56,067 bases of DNA from Campylobacterota bacterium (GCA_034659115.1 JAYEGN010000025.1:1-56067), one strand, 5' to 3'. Counted from the first letter of the stretch, positions 41,757 to 53,404 are shown. Program-made: numbers and translations. Notes: generated by a model not told the origin, from the sequence alone.

Positions 41757-42662
41757 ATGGTTGCATCTGACATTCAAAATTTTTCTGAGGGTCGAACTAA
41801 GGCTAGAGCCTATTTTTGTTATCTGTTTTCTAAAAATATTCCAAACAGGCTTCCTTCATTATCTATAGAGATGATTGTGCCTCGTCTTTTAAAGATAAAG
41901 GCAGATTTAGAAAATTGTGAAGGTGTATATCTCCTTGACACCCGTGGTGTTCAAGTTACACCAACTTTTACTACACATAAGCAGATAGATGATGATGCTG
42001 GCAAAATCCGTGCTGATAGAGCTTATTATTATCGTGCACTAAGAGAAGAAAGATGTAGTATTACTGACCCATACCCATCTCTTATAACACAAGAGCTTAC
42101 AGTAACTGCTTCTCAGCCAATCTTTGATGAAAATGGTGATATCCAATATGTAGCTTGTTTAGATATGCCACTTGATGAAGTTCTTAAGATTGCACATCTT
42201 AATAAAGCAGATTCTTTCTTTGCTCAGTTCTTTAAATTTTCATATGCTATGTTTTCTATCGCTCTTATAGCAGTTGCTGTGTTCCTGTTTTTTCATGGAA
42301 TACAGAGTTTTTTTCTTGATGAACTTACGGCTTCACACTTAGTGATTGATGACATGTTTAAGGCGACGATTCTTTTGACACTCTCTCTTGCCATATTTGA
42401 TTTAGCTAAAACCTTGATTGAAGAGGAAATTTTAGGTAGGCATAAAGAGCAAAATATTTCAGGTCCTCATAAAACGATGGTTAAGTTTTTGGGTTCAATT
42501 ATCATAGCTTTATCCATTGAAGCTTTGATGTTAGTGTTTAAATTTGCCATTACAGACCCAGAAAAGCTTATGTCTGCAACCTATATCATCGGTGGAGTAG
42601 CGGTGTTGATACTTAGTTTGGCTGTATATATTAAATTTACAAAGGTAAAAAGTGATTCTTAA
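41757..42662 (+). CDS. PDC/Cache sensor domain fused to a 4-TM (PsiE-like) domain
   Basis: DRAYY..ITDPYPSLIT..VTASQPIFDENGDI Cache motif, then four hydrophobic helices. Confidence 0.7.
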   Translation: MVASDIQNFSEGRTKARAYFCYLFSKNIPNRLPSLSIEMIVPRLLKIKADLENCEGVYLLDTRGVQVTPTFTTHKQIDDDAGKIRADRAYYYRALREERCSITDPYPSLITQELTVTASQPIFDENGDIQYVACLDMPLDEVLKIAHLNKADSFFAQFFKFSYAMFSIALIAVAVFLFFHGIQSFFLDELTASHLVIDDMFKATILLTLSLAIFDLAKTLIEEEILGRHKEQNISGPHKTMVKFLGSIIIALSIEALMLVFKFAITDPEKLMSATYIIGGVAVLILSLAVYIKFTKVKSDS

Positions 42663-42665
42663 AAA

Positions 42666-43277
42666 ATGATAGCGATAGTTGATTATAATATGGGAAATTT
42701 AGCGAGTGTACAAAATGCTTTTGCTAAATTAGGTGAAGAAACGATAATCGTAAGTGACCCAGATAGGTTTAAAGATTATGAAAAGTTGATTCTTCCGGGG
42801 GTTGGTGCTTTTGGTGATGCTATGGAGCATTTAAGAGAGAGAGATATGATAGAAGCTCTTCGCCACTATGGCGATAGTGGAAACTATATGTTAGGCATAT
42901 GTCTTGGAATGCAACTGCTTTTTGATAGTAGTGAAGAGTTTGGAAATCACAAGGGTTTAGGACTCATAAAAGGTGATGTAAAAGCTTTTGATAGTAGTAA
43001 ATTTACTCAGCCATTAAAGATACCTCATATGGGTTGGAATAGGATGTTTACAAAGGAGCATCCATTGTTTCATGGTTTAGATGAGAATCATTATCTCTAT
43101 TTTGTGCATACATATCATGTTACATGTAGTGATGAAAATAATATTATAGGTCGCACAGATTATGGATATGAGTTTACATCTGCAGTAGAGCATAACAATA
43201 TTTTTGGCATTCAGCCACACCCAGAAAAAAGCCATGAAAATGGTTTGAAAATATTAGAAAATTTTATCAATTTATAA
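42666..43277 (+). CDS. hisH: Imidazole glycerol phosphate synthase subunit HisH
   Basis: DYNMGNL, LPGVGAF, GICLGMQ, PHMGWN, HPEKS. Confidence 0.97.
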   Translation: MIAIVDYNMGNLASVQNAFAKLGEETIIVSDPDRFKDYEKLILPGVGAFGDAMEHLRERDMIEALRHYGDSGNYMLGICLGMQLLFDSSEEFGNHKGLGLIKGDVKAFDSSKFTQPLKIPHMGWNRMFTKEHPLFHGLDENHYLYFVHTYHVTCSDENNIIGRTDYGYEFTSAVEHNNIFGIQPHPEKSHENGLKILENFINL

Positions 43278-43286
43278 GGAAATAGA

Positions 43287-44006
43287 GTGACATTATACCC
43301 AGCAATCGATTTAAAAGATGGAAAGGCAGTTCGTCTCACAAAGGGACTAATGGATAGTGCTAAGATATATTCAGATGAACCTTGGAGTTTAGTTAAGAAG
43401 TTTGAAGAGATGGGAGCAGAGTGGGTTCATTTGGTTGATCTTAATGGTGCTTTTGCAGGTGAACCTAAAAACTTAGAGCAGATTATTAAAATTAGACAAA
43501 ACTGTAGTGTTAAACTTGAGCTCGGTGGTGGTATTCGTGATGAAGAGACTATTGTAAAGATGTTGAAGATTGGAATCGATAGAGTTATTCTTGGTTCAAT
43601 CGCAGTAAAAGAGCCACAATTTGTAAGAGATATGGCTCTAAAATATCCTATTGCTGTTGGAATTGATGCTATTGATGGATATGTTGCTGTTGAAGGTTGG
43701 GGTGAAGTTAGTAATATGAAAGCAACTGATTTAGCAAAAGAGTTTGCTGATGCTGGTGTTGAAGCTATTATATGCACAGATGTTGGCAAAGATGGAACCC
43801 TGAGTGGTGTGAATGTTGAGTTTACATTAGACATAGCAAGAGCAAGTGGAATTAGTACTATAGCTAGTGGTGGTGTAAAAGATGCTAGTGATATAGAAGC
43901 ACTTATAGCCACTAAAGAGATTGATGGTGTCATAATTGGAAAAGCCTATTATGAGGGCAGTTTAGATTTGCCTAAAATGTTTAATGATAATCAAATAATT
44001 ATTTAG
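43287..44006 (+). CDS. hisA: ProFAR isomerase
   Basis: [35 protein letters not shown]; GTG start. Confidence 0.97.
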   Translation: MTLYPAIDLKDGKAVRLTKGLMDSAKIYSDEPWSLVKKFEEMGAEWVHLVDLNGAFAGEPKNLEQIIKIRQNCSVKLELGGGIRDEETIVKMLKIGIDRVILGSIAVKEPQFVRDMALKYPIAVGIDAIDGYVAVEGWGEVSNMKATDLAKEFADAGVEAIICTDVGKDGTLSGVNVEFTLDIARASGISTIASGGVKDASDIEALIATKEIDGVIIGKAYYEGSLDLPKMFNDNQIII

Positions 44007-44058
44007 ATACTATTTGATTATAAATTTTGCAAAATATATTTTAAAAAAAGGATTTCAA

Positions 44059-44433
44059 TTGAAATTACTCGTTGTTGATGACAGCTCTACAATGCGTCGT
44101 ATTATAAAAAATACTTTAGCTCGTTTAGGTTATAAAGATATTCTTGAGGGTGCTGATGGTGTCGAGGGGTGGGCGCAGATGGATGCAAACCCTGATGTTG
44201 ATATGCTTATTACTGACTGGAATATGCCAGAGATGAATGGATTGGAGTTAGTAAAAAAAGTGCGTGCTGATGAAAGATTTGTGGATACACCAATTATTAT
44301 GGTGACAACAGAGGGTGGTAAAACAGAAGTTATCACCGCATTAAAAGCAGGAGTAAACAATTACATAGTTAAACCTTTTACTCCGCAGGTATTAAAAGAA
44401 AAATTAGGTGCAGTAATGGGTGTTGCCCAATAA
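44059..44433 (+). CDS. cheY: Chemotaxis response regulator CheY
   Basis: VVDDSSTMRRII, TDWNMP, YIVKPF; probable TTG start at 44059 after AAGGA; cheY-prmA-ftsH synteny. Confidence 0.93.
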   Translation: MKLLVVDDSSTMRRIIKNTLARLGYKDILEGADGVEGWAQMDANPDVDMLITDWNMPEMNGLELVKKVRADERFVDTPIIMVTTEGGKTEVITALKAGVNNYIVKPFTPQVLKEKLGAVMGVAQ

Positions 44434-45260
44434 TGCAGGAATACTACTACGAGTTAGTAGTTAAGGTTTCATCTCACAAGGAACTCTTTTCAGATTTTTT
44501 AACCGATACGGTTCCCATAGGATTTGAAGAGTCACAAGATGGATTTATTGTAAGAAGTGAAGATGAGCTTGATACTATAGTGTGGGGCTTAGAGCAGTTC
44601 TGTGAAGCTCTACAAAAAGCATTATGCAAAACTATAGAAGTTGAATGTGAAGTTAAAAAATTAAAAAATAGTGATTGGGTTGAAATTTATCAAAAAAGTA
44701 TAACTCCTTTAGCTATAGATAAATTTTATATCCACCCTACTTGGGATGAGCCAAGCTTAGAGCTTGTAAATATAGCAATAGACCCAGCTTTAGCCTTTGG
44801 AACAGGACATCATCCTACAACCGCTTCTTCTCTTCGTGCAATCTCCAAATATGTTAAACGCAATGACACTCTTTTAGATGTAGGCTGTGGAAGTGGAATA
44901 CTTGGTATTGGTGCGATGAAACTTGGTGCAGTTGTTGATGCATGTGATACAGATATAATATCTGTAGAAAATAGTATAGTAAATGCTAAATTAAATGATT
45001 TAAAGTTTGCAAATATTTGGGAAGGCTCATGCTCTTTAAGTTCTAAAAAATATGATATTGTTGTCGCAAATATAGTGGCAGATGTTTTAACATTTATAGC
45101 TAAAGAGTTAAAATCAGCATTAAAAAATGATGGTATTTTAATTATATCAGGTATCTTAGATAAATATGAAGCAAAGGTGTTGGGATTTTACAAAGATTGT
45201 GAAATACAAGAGAAGATAACAGAGAATGAGTGGGTTACACTTATTTTAAAAAGAAAATAA
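44433..45260 (+). CDS. prmA: Ribosomal protein L11 methyltransferase
   Basis: DPALAFGTGHHPTT, LDVGCGSGIL, ANIVA, ISGIL. Confidence 0.96.
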   Translation: MQEYYYELVVKVSSHKELFSDFLTDTVPIGFEESQDGFIVRSEDELDTIVWGLEQFCEALQKALCKTIEVECEVKKLKNSDWVEIYQKSITPLAIDKFYIHPTWDEPSLELVNIAIDPALAFGTGHHPTTASSLRAISKYVKRNDTLLDVGCGSGILGIGAMKLGAVVDACDTDIISVENSIVNAKLNDLKFANIWEGSCSLSSKKYDIVVANIVADVLTFIAKELKSALKNDGILIISGILDKYEAKVLGFYKDCEIQEKITENEWVTLILKRK

Positions 45261-45275
45261 AAAAAGAGATAGTCG

Positions 45276-47261
45276 ATGTCAAATCAAAATTCAAACAATA
45301 ATAACAATGATAATAATAATTTTTTTAACAATAACCCTTTAATAACTTTTGCAATATTTTCAGTTGTGATTATATTGTTATTTAAAGTGCTTGTAGGAGA
45401 GGGCTCAGGCTTAGACACAGGTAGTAATACCTCGAGTAGAAAAACAAAACAAATTAGTTACTCTGAGCTTAAAAATCTAGTAGAAACTAAGAGTGTTTCT
45501 GAAGTAGAGATAGGTCAAAGTTATATAAAGGCAAAATCGCTAGATGGTCTTATATATACCACTAGAGTAGTCAGAGGTGATACAAAATTAGTAGAACTTT
45601 TAGATAAGCAAGGCATAGAGTATAAAGGTTTTAGTGAGACAAACTGGTTTACAGAGATGTTTGGATGGTTATTCCCATTTTTAATCATTATAGGTATCTG
45701 GATGTTCTTTGCTGGACGCATGCAAAAAAGTATGGGTGGCGGACTTCTTGGTATGGGCAATTCTAAAAAGATGGTTAATTCTGAGAAACCAAAAACAAAA
45801 TTTGATGATGTTGCTGGTGTAGAAGAAGCAAAAGAGGAAGTTCAGGAGATAGTTGACTTTTTAAAATATCCTGCTCGTTATGTTGAGATAGGTGCGAAAA
45901 TCCCTAAGGGTGTTTTGCTTGTTGGAAGTCCTGGTACTGGTAAAACTCTTTTAGCAAAAGCTGTTGCTGGTGAAGCAGATGTACCATTCTTTTCCGTTAG
46001 TGGTTCGAGTTTTATAGAGATGTTTGTTGGTGTAGGAGCTGCAAGAGTTCGTGATTTGTTTGAACAAGCAAAAAAAGATGCTCCAAGTATTATCTTCATA
46101 GATGAGATAGATGCTATCGGTAAGAGTCGTGCTGCTGGTGGCATGATGGGTGGAAACGATGAAAGAGAACAAACGCTTAATCAGCTCTTAGCAGAGATGG
46201 ATGGCTTTGGAACAGATACACCTATCATTATTTTAGCAGCAACAAATAGACCTGAAGTTCTTGATCAAGCACTGCTTCGTCCAGGGCGTTTTGATAGACA
46301 AGTTTTGGTGGATAAGCCAGATTTTGAAGGTCGTATAAAAATTTTAAAAGTACATATGAAAGATGTAAAGATGGATAGCGATGTCGAGATAGAGGAAGTT
46401 GCAAGATTAACCGCAGGATTAGCGGGTGCAGATTTAGCAAATATTATCAATGAAGCGGCACTATTGGCTGGTAGAAAAAGTCAAAAAACAGTTAAACAAC
46501 AAGATCTTTTTGAATCGGTTGAAAGAGCCATAGCGGGTCTTGCTAAAAAATCTCGTCGTATAAATCCTAAAGAGAAAAAGATCGTAGCTTATCATGAAAG
46601 TGGACATGCACTTTTAGCTGAAACCACAAAAGGAGCTAAAAAAGTTTCTAAAGTTTCAATAGTACCCCGTGGATTAGCAGCCCTTGGATATACGCTAAAT
46701 AAACCAGAAGAAGATAAGTTTATGATGCAACAGCATGAGATGTGGGCAGAAGTGGATGTGCTCCTTGGTGGTCGTGCAGCTGAACAAGTGTTCATTGGTG
46801 AAATTTCTACAGGTGCTGGAAACGATTTAGAAAGAGCAACTGATATTATAAAATCGATGGTTCAAACATATGGTATGAGTGATGTAGCTGGACTTATGGT
46901 TTTAGAAAAGAGTAGGCAGTCTTTCCTAGGTGGCGGGCAACAAGTTTCTCGTGAATATAGTGATAAAATGGCAGAGAATATGGATGAATTTATAAAAACT
47001 TCTCTTTCACAACATTACGATAGTGTTATAAATCGTCTCCAAGAGTACAAAGATGCTATAGAAGCTATGGTGAAACTTCTCTATAAAAAAGAAAATATAA
47101 CTGGAGAAGAAGTTAGAGAGATTATAATCAATTTTGAAAAAGAAAATAATCTAGACTCAAAAGTTGATACAGCTAGTGATGACATTGAAGAGGAGTTAAA
47201 AGAAGATGCAAAGATGTCTAAAGAAGAAGGTTTTATAGATAATGAAGACGAGACCATCTAG
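45276..47261 (+). CDS. ftsH: ATP-dependent zinc metalloprotease FtsH
   Basis: Two TM segments; GSPGTGKT; [11 protein letters not shown]; HESGH. Confidence 0.98.
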   Translation: MSNQNSNNNNNDNNNFFNNNPLITFAIFSVVIILLFKVLVGEGSGLDTGSNTSSRKTKQISYSELKNLVETKSVSEVEIGQSYIKAKSLDGLIYTTRVVRGDTKLVELLDKQGIEYKGFSETNWFTEMFGWLFPFLIIIGIWMFFAGRMQKSMGGGLLGMGNSKKMVNSEKPKTKFDDVAGVEEAKEEVQEIVDFLKYPARYVEIGAKIPKGVLLVGSPGTGKTLLAKAVAGEADVPFFSVSGSSFIEMFVGVGAARVRDLFEQAKKDAPSIIFIDEIDAIGKSRAAGGMMGGNDEREQTLNQLLAEMDGFGTDTPIIILAATNRPEVLDQALLRPGRFDRQVLVDKPDFEGRIKILKVHMKDVKMDSDVEIEEVARLTAGLAGADLANIINEAALLAGRKSQKTVKQQDLFESVERAIAGLAKKSRRINPKEKKIVAYHESGHALLAETTKGAKKVSKVSIVPRGLAALGYTLNKPEEDKFMMQQHEMWAEVDVLLGGRAAEQVFIGEISTGAGNDLERATDIIKSMVQTYGMSDVAGLMVLEKSRQSFLGGGQQVSREYSDKMAENMDEFIKTSLSQHYDSVINRLQEYKDAIEAMVKLLYKKENITGEEVREIIINFEKENNLDSKVDTASDDIEEELKEDAKMSKEEGFIDNEDETI

Positions 47262-47958
47262 TTTAATCTTTATACTTCCAAATCTTTTTACTGCGGCTTC
47301 TATATTCTCAGGAGTATTTAGCATCATAAATGCAGTAAATGGAGAGTTTGATAAAGCTGCTTGGCTCATTATGCTTTCTCTTATTTTTGATGGTTTAGAT
47401 GGTAGAGTAGCTAGACTTACAAATACATGCTCAAAGTTTGGAGTAGAGTTTGATTCTCTTGCTGATATGGTTGCATTTGGAGTTGCTCCAGCACTATTGA
47501 TCTATCTATTTATTGGAAATGAGTTTGGACGACTAGGAGTTGTTTCTTCTGCAATATTTGTTATTTTTGGAGCTATAAGATTAGCAAGATTTAATGTTAT
47601 GACTGTACAAAGTGAGCCATCTGTGTTTATAGGGGTTCCTATACCTACTGCAGCTGTTTTTGTATCTTTGCTGGTACTTCTTTTTGATAAATATAAATTT
47701 CTTCATGATTATGGTATAGCGATTATATTTTTACCTATTTTAGTTTCAATTTTGATGGTAAGTAATATTCGCTATCCAAGTTTTAAAAAAATTGATTTTA
47801 CTCCAAAACATGTGATGAAGTTTTTTGTTGTCATACTTAGTGCGTTCTTTGTTGTTTTTATCTATCCTATAGAAGGATTTACACTTATCTTTACGCTTTA
47901 CATTCTTTATGGATTGGTTCGTGCTGTGATGTTACTACCTAAAAATTTTGGTAAATAG
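47242..47958 (+). CDS. pssA: CDP-diacylglycerol--serine O-phosphatidyltransferase
   Basis: LPNLFT; DGLDGRVAR..FGVEFDSLAD; RLARFN. Confidence 0.95.
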   Translation: MKTRPSSLIFILPNLFTAASIFSGVFSIINAVNGEFDKAAWLIMLSLIFDGLDGRVARLTNTCSKFGVEFDSLADMVAFGVAPALLIYLFIGNEFGRLGVVSSAIFVIFGAIRLARFNVMTVQSEPSVFIGVPIPTAAVFVSLLVLLFDKYKFLHDYGIAIIFLPILVSILMVSNIRYPSFKKIDFTPKHVMKFFVVILSAFFVVFIYPIEGFTLIFTLYILYGLVRAVMLLPKNFGK

Positions 47959-47960
47959 AT

Positions 47961-50300
47961 TTATTGTTGAGTTTTTTGCTCTTTGGCTATAAGTAACCTC
48001 TCTATGTCTATATCAAAATTAAAATATTGAGAATTAAATCCATAGTTTCCAACCCTAGCAAGTTGAATTGTCGCACCCTGATTATTTCCAACTTCTAGGT
48101 ATAAAAGTCCCAAAGCGTAGCGACTTTCTAAAAAATTACCATCTTTCATCTTTGAAAGCTCTAGTAATGCGATAGCATTTGCATGATGATCAGCTGCCGT
48201 TGATGCTACTGCTCCTAAAAATAGGGTATAAGCATCTCTAACTTTTAGTTCGTCAATAAGTATGTTATAGAGAGTATATGATTCTTCAAAGGCCTTGTCA
48301 TAAAGAGAAGCAAGGGCTAGTGTGCTAGTTATTTCATGAGTGTTACCAGTAGTTGTAGCAAGTACATTTTTTAATTGTTCTCTTAAAAAGAAAAGATTTC
48401 CAGTAATAAGTTTTTGCTGTGTATATGTATACCTTGTGATGGCTGGACCAAAATAGAGGTCATTAAAATCAAATTTTTGTACTTTAAGATAGTTGAGAAC
48501 CTCTCTTGCATATTTTAAAGGTTTTAAATCTTCAAAGTGAGCATCTATATACATCATATGAGGTAAAATATCATTTGGCAGTAGTATGGTAAGTTTATGA
48601 GATGCTTTTTTTGCAATATCAACCCTGTTTATATTTAATGCGATGATTGTACTCAGAGCTAGGTAAAGAGGTTTTTGTTTGTAATCATTATCCAACCAAT
48701 CAACAGTAGACAAAATATCATCATCACTGATATTAATTAGAGTGTTGCATAGGTCTGTTTCTTCATTTGAATCCTCTAAGGACATAGAATCTTGCAAAAT
48801 ATTTTTTAGCTTTGTATTGTCTTTGTTAATCAACTGAGCAGTCATAATAGCAAAGACGCCAGAGAGGTAATTTTTTGCGTCTAGGTGATATGAAAGTAAA
48901 AAATGTTTATGTGCTTTTATCATCTCTCCTAGTTGTGCATATGTAAGAGCAAGGTTGTATTGTAAAATAGAATGTTTGGGTTGCAAAAGTAAAAGTTGCT
49001 GCAGTTCCTCATTTGCAACTCTAAGCTCAAAGGATAATGCCTTTTTTATGGCTTTAGCAATTCCTTGATTTACATTTGAAGATGAAGCACTTTTTTTAAG
49101 ATATCTTTTTGCAGTTGATATATTATTGATATATATATTTGCATTTCCTTTTTGAATAGAACTGATCGTTTTATCAGCATTAAATATCTTATATGGAGAA
49201 AAATAAAATATCTTTTGATAGTTGAAAATTTTCTCTTTTGTAATTCTCTCTCTATAGCTTTGTTGTGCTTTAAGTGGGTCAAAAAGAGATTCTTTAAGTT
49301 TTACTGATATTGGGTATGGTTTATAAACTTCTTGGGGAAACATATCTGTGACATTTTTAAGATTTTTAGCACCTTTGGCTACATTACCCTGCTTTAGACT
49401 AATGAAAGCTTGAGCAATTGCAGATTTTACTGGTTCAATATTTTGCATAATCGCTTCTGCTAAATGGTTTTGTGCTAGTGCAAATTCACCAACCCTTGCA
49501 TAAAGAAGGGCTATACTAAAAGAATCTGCAACTGAAAAGTTTTTTTCCATCGCTTCTATGGCATTATAATCATTAGAGTACAGGGCATTGATTTTTGCTC
49601 TAAGATGTTTTTGAATATCTGGGTATTCATCACTTGTCGGATTTTCTAATGCGCTAAGAGCTTCAAGATAGTTATGATTATAGTAGTTAATAAGAGCATA
49701 ATAATAGGAATAGAGTAACGAGTTTTTTTCTTTTGGAAGATAGGCATAAGCTAAATCGATATAGTATCTAAAGTCATCTTGATTTTTTAGATGTAGAGAA
49801 CATACAGCAGCGTTTATAGCACTTACACATCTTTTTTCATCATTAAGAATAGCTTTTTTAAATGTCTCAAGTGCAAGTTTGTAAGATCCATCTTTTAGCT
49901 GTGCTACACCTAAATTATAGATTGAGATCGCCTCACTATATTGAGCAATCTGTTCATATAGGGATAGTGCTTCATCTTTGGAGCCAGTGGAGTATAGGTA
50001 GTTGGCTTTTGCAATCATATTTTCTAATCTAGATGGTTGAATCGGTTTTGTATTGTTTTTATCTAGCTTTTCTTCGAGAAAATCCATCGAAGTTAACGGT
50101 TGATTATTTGAGGATTTTAAGATTAACACAACAACTATAGAGATAATAAGAATAAGAATTACAGCAATAGCACCAAAGATGATGATTTTTTTCTTTTTTC
50201 TTGATTCTTCATCTTTTATAGATTCAAGTTTATCAAGAGAATCTGAGCCAGCAGCATCACTTTCCTCTATAATTATTATATCTTCTAGTGTCTCAGACAT
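47961..50300 (-). CDS. pflB: TPR-rich flagellar motor accessory protein, PflB-like
   Basis: Acidic N-terminus, one TM, TPR motifs (YNLGVAQ, YNLALTY); downstream of serS as in Campylobacter. Confidence 0.7.
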   Translation of the reverse strand: MSETLEDIIIIEESDAAGSDSLDKLESIKDEESRKKKKIIIFGAIAVILILIISIVVVLILKSSNNQPLTSMDFLEEKLDKNNTKPIQPSRLENMIAKANYLYSTGSKDEALSLYEQIAQYSEAISIYNLGVAQLKDGSYKLALETFKKAILNDEKRCVSAINAAVCSLHLKNQDDFRYYIDLAYAYLPKEKNSLLYSYYYALINYYNHNYLEALSALENPTSDEYPDIQKHLRAKINALYSNDYNAIEAMEKNFSVADSFSIALLYARVGEFALAQNHLAEAIMQNIEPVKSAIAQAFISLKQGNVAKGAKNLKNVTDMFPQEVYKPYPISVKLKESLFDPLKAQQSYRERITKEKIFNYQKIFYFSPYKIFNADKTISSIQKGNANIYINNISTAKRYLKKSASSSNVNQGIAKAIKKALSFELRVANEELQQLLLLQPKHSILQYNLALTYAQLGEMIKAHKHFLLSYHLDAKNYLSGVFAIMTAQLINKDNTKLKNILQDSMSLEDSNEETDLCNTLINISDDDILSTVDWLDNDYKQKPLYLALSTIIALNINRVDIAKKASHKLTILLPNDILPHMMYIDAHFEDLKPLKYAREVLNYLKVQKFDFNDLYFGPAITRYTYTQQKLITGNLFFLREQLKNVLATTTGNTHEITSTLALASLYDKAFEESYTLYNILIDELKVRDAYTLFLGAVASTAADHHANAIALLELSKMKDGNFLESRYALGLLYLEVGNNQGATIQLARVGNYGFNSQYFNFDIDIERLLIAKEQKTQQ

Positions 50301-50368
50301 TAATTACCTTGGCTTGTATAGATTATTGTAGTTTAATTATAGCAAAAATAATGCCATTGTAGTTTTAA

Positions 50369-50529
50369 CCCAAATAATTCCATAAGGATTTATAAAATTT
50401 ATCTATGCTTGTGCTTAAGGGATGTTTAGTAAAAATTTTAAGCCACCTTATTGGTGGTGTAAATTTTTAATGAACCTGCCTTGAGTGCAATGATAGTTTA
50501 AATTTTTTATTCTTATGGAATTATTTGGG
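50369..50529 (+). mobile_element. 161-bp MITE-like hairpin element, copy 3
   Basis: Identical to 32920-33080; flanks TTTAA / TTTAG (4 of 5 match). Confidence 0.92.
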
Positions 50530-50555
50530 TTTAGGAATCAAAATACTAATTAGAT

Positions 50556-51800
50556 TCATAAATAAGGCTTTAAAACCTCAGGGATATCTATGCTTCCATC
50601 TTCATTTTGATTATTTTCCATAATAGCTACAAGTGTACGACCAACAGCTAGAGAACTACCGTTGAGTGTATTTGCAAAACTATTTTTTTTACCATCTTTA
50701 TAACGGATTTTTGCTCGTCTTGCTTGGAACTCTCTTGTGTTGGAGATAGAAGAGATTTCACGGTATTTGTTTTGTCCCGGTAACCAAACTTCGATATCTG
50801 TAGTGTGTGCTGCTGAAAAACCTAAATCTCCTGTACATAGTTGTACTAAACGGTGAGGTAATTCTAAGGCTGTTAGTATATCAGAAGCACAATCAACCAT
50901 CTCATTGAAGATAGTGTCACTTGTTTCAGACTTTGTTATACAGACTAACTCAACTTTGTGAAATTGATGCTGTCTTATTATGCCTCTTGTATCTCTTCCC
51001 GCTGCTCCAGCTTCTTTTCTAAAGCATGAGGTATAGCCTGTCATCTTAATAGGAAGTATATCATAGGGAATAATTTCATCTTGAAAAAGGTTTGTAAGTG
51101 GAACTTCTGCTGTTGGGATTAAGTACAGATCTAGTCCATCCATCTTGTAAAGATCATCAGCAAATTTTGGCAGTTGACCAGTTCCCTCTAAGGCTCTTGA
51201 GTTTACAAGTTGAGGAACACTAACTTCGTGGTATCCTCTTTTAGAGTTGAAATTGAGCATAAAGTTAATCAAGGCTCTTTCTAGTTTAGCACCCATGTCA
51301 TAAGAAACACTAAAACGGCTACCTGCAAGCTTAGCACCTCGTTTAAAATCTATCCAGCCATTTTGTTCAGCTAATTCCCAATGCTCTTTAGGTGTAAATT
51401 CAAATGTTTTTGGTATTAGAACCTTTTTCAACTCTACATTGTCATCTTCATTTTCACCATCTGGTACTTCATCATCAGGAATATTTGGTATAGCCATAGC
51501 AAGGGATTCTAGTGCCTCTTGCTTTTGTCTTTGTATATCTAAGGCTTCAGCAATTACTATTTTGTTGGCATCTACTCTTTGCTTTAGTTCAGATATGTCC
51601 TTGCCCTCTCTTTTGTAAGCACCAAACTCTTTACTCATAGAGTTTTGAAGTGCTTGAAGAGTTTCAAAGTTTGTTTTTGCTTTTTTTAGTTCTTCATTTT
51701 TTAGTTTTAACTCTTCTAAAAGTGCTTTATCTACACCTTTTCTAGTTAGTTTAGCACTAACTTCATCAAACTCTTTTTGTAGTAGTTTTAAATCTATCAT
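50556..51800 (-). CDS. serS: Serine--tRNA ligase
   Basis: [40 protein letters not shown]. Confidence 0.98.
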   Translation of the reverse strand: MIDLKLLQKEFDEVSAKLTRKGVDKALLEELKLKNEELKKAKTNFETLQALQNSMSKEFGAYKREGKDISELKQRVDANKIVIAEALDIQRQKQEALESLAMAIPNIPDDEVPDGENEDDNVELKKVLIPKTFEFTPKEHWELAEQNGWIDFKRGAKLAGSRFSVSYDMGAKLERALINFMLNFNSKRGYHEVSVPQLVNSRALEGTGQLPKFADDLYKMDGLDLYLIPTAEVPLTNLFQDEIIPYDILPIKMTGYTSCFRKEAGAAGRDTRGIIRQHQFHKVELVCITKSETSDTIFNEMVDCASDILTALELPHRLVQLCTGDLGFSAAHTTDIEVWLPGQNKYREISSISNTREFQARRAKIRYKDGKKNSFANTLNGSSLAVGRTLVAIMENNQNEDGSIDIPEVLKPYL

Positions 51801-51813
51801 TTTTTTTCCTATC

Positions 51814-52731
51814 TTATTTTAGTATGTTTTTTGCTAGTTCAAATTGATTTGCTGTCATTAGATGAATCTTTGGATGCAAAACTTTTAGCTCTTCAAAAAG
51901 AGTCTTACTTAGTTCAAATCCTACTTTATATTCCTCTTCTATACTTTTAGTATTTGCCACTCTAAGATGTTCTATCCAGCTATCTGGAACATTTATACCT
52001 GGTACATGTGCAGATAAAAACTGTGCAGTTCTAAGTTTAGTAATAGGAAAAATCCCAAGAATGAGTTCTCCTCTTTTGTCCTCGTTGCAACATTCACGGT
52101 TTGCAGCATCTCTTAAATCTAAAAGCTTTTTAGCAGTATCAAGGTCATAAACTGGCTGAGTTATAATCCCCAATGCTCCATTCTTTATCTTTTTTTGCAT
52201 CTTCTTTTGAAGTGTTTTAGGATTTTTAGCAAAGGAGTTCACAACAGCAAAAGGAAATATCTCTTTAGGCTTCTCCTTAAAAGGTTTTCCACCATAATCC
52301 ATGCCAGAGTTAAATGCGGATATTATCTCAAGGAGCAGGGAGCTATCTGCTTCAAACACACCCTTGGCATGTGGTTGATCAGAGATAGTTGCTGGGTCAC
52401 CAGTAAGAGCCAAGATAGCTCGTATATCTACATCATTTGCACCAAGCAGGTCAGATTGTAGGGCTATTTTATTTCTATCTCTCATGCTCATTGTAGCGAT
52501 AACAGGCTTGTTAAATCTATCTTGAAGTAGCTTTGCACCAAAGAGTGAGTTGTACTTTAGTTTTGCTAGTGGATTATCAGTAGTTGTAAATCCATCTACA
52601 AGATTTTGAAGTTCAAGTTCTTCTATCTTATCTACAATTGGAGAAAAAGTAGGAGAGTGAGCAGGTGTGGTCTCTAAAGTTATATATGTGTCATTTTTCA
52701 GTTTATCTATTAGTTTATCAAACAAAAACAA
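51814..52731 (-). CDS. metF: Methylenetetrahydrofolate reductase
   Basis: TDNP, SMRDRN, LALTGDP, ITQPVYD. Confidence 0.85.
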   Translation of the reverse strand: MFLFDKLIDKLKNDTYITLETTPAHSPTFSPIVDKIEELELQNLVDGFTTTDNPLAKLKYNSLFGAKLLQDRFNKPVIATMSMRDRNKIALQSDLLGANDVDIRAILALTGDPATISDQPHAKGVFEADSSLLLEIISAFNSGMDYGGKPFKEKPKEIFPFAVVNSFAKNPKTLQKKMQKKIKNGALGIITQPVYDLDTAKKLLDLRDAANRECCNEDKRGELILGIFPITKLRTAQFLSAHVPGINVPDSWIEHLRVANTKSIEEEYKVGFELSKTLFEELKVLHPKIHLMTANQFELAKNILK

Positions 52732-52780
52732 GTCCTAAATGGGTATAATTGCGACATTATAACAAAAGAGAGTATTTTAT

Positions 52781-53404
52781 ATGTTGAAATTAGCAGTATT
52801 TGACTTTGATTCTACACTTATGGATGGCGAAACTATCGATTTTTTTGCTGATGAGTTAGGAATAGGCAAAGAAGTTGCACTTATAACTGAAGAAGCTATG
52901 AGTGGAAGACTTGACTTTTTTGAGTCACTTCAACAAAGAGTTGGGCTTTTAAAAGGGCTTGATTATAGTATTGTAGAAAAAATAAGTCAAAACTTACCAT
53001 ACATGAAAGGTGCTATTGAGACTATAGCCGAGCTTAAAAGTAGAGATATAAAAGTGGTTTGTTTTAGTGGTGGTTTTAGAAGTGCTACTGGATATGCTAA
53101 AGATATTTTAGGGTATGATGCAGATTTTTCAAATGTTCTACATGTCAAAGATGGAAAGCTTACGGGACTAGTAGGTGGGGATATGATGTTTAACTTCTCT
53201 AAAGGTGATATGATAGTAAGACTTCAAAATATTTTAGGCGTTAGCGAAGAAGAAACTCTAGTTTGTGGAGATGGAGCGAATGACCTTAGTATGTTTTCTC
53301 ACGCAGGAACAAGAATCGCTTTTTGTGCAAAACCTATACTTGAAGCAGAGGCAAACATCATCATAAAAGAAAAAGATTTAACGAAAATATTGGAGAAAAT
53401 ATAA
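52781..53404 (+). CDS. serB: Phosphoserine phosphatase
   Basis: FDFDSTL, ITEEAMSG, SGGF, GDGANDL. Confidence 0.95.
   Translation: MLKLAVFDFDSTLMDGETIDFFADELGIGKEVALITEEAMSGRLDFFESLQQRVGLLKGLDYSIVEKISQNLPYMKGAIETIAELKSRDIKVVCFSGGFRSATGYAKDILGYDADFSNVLHVKDGKLTGLVGGDMMFNFSKGDMIVRLQNILGVSEEETLVCGDGANDLSMFSHAGTRIAFCAKPILEAEANIIIKEKDLTKILEKI

Noticed and set aside
32920-50529. 161-bp repeats as a CRISPR array or 6S RNA
   Set aside because: Copies are dispersed with no spacers or cas genes. Three identical copies with flanking duplications and no large central bubble do not fit 6S RNA.
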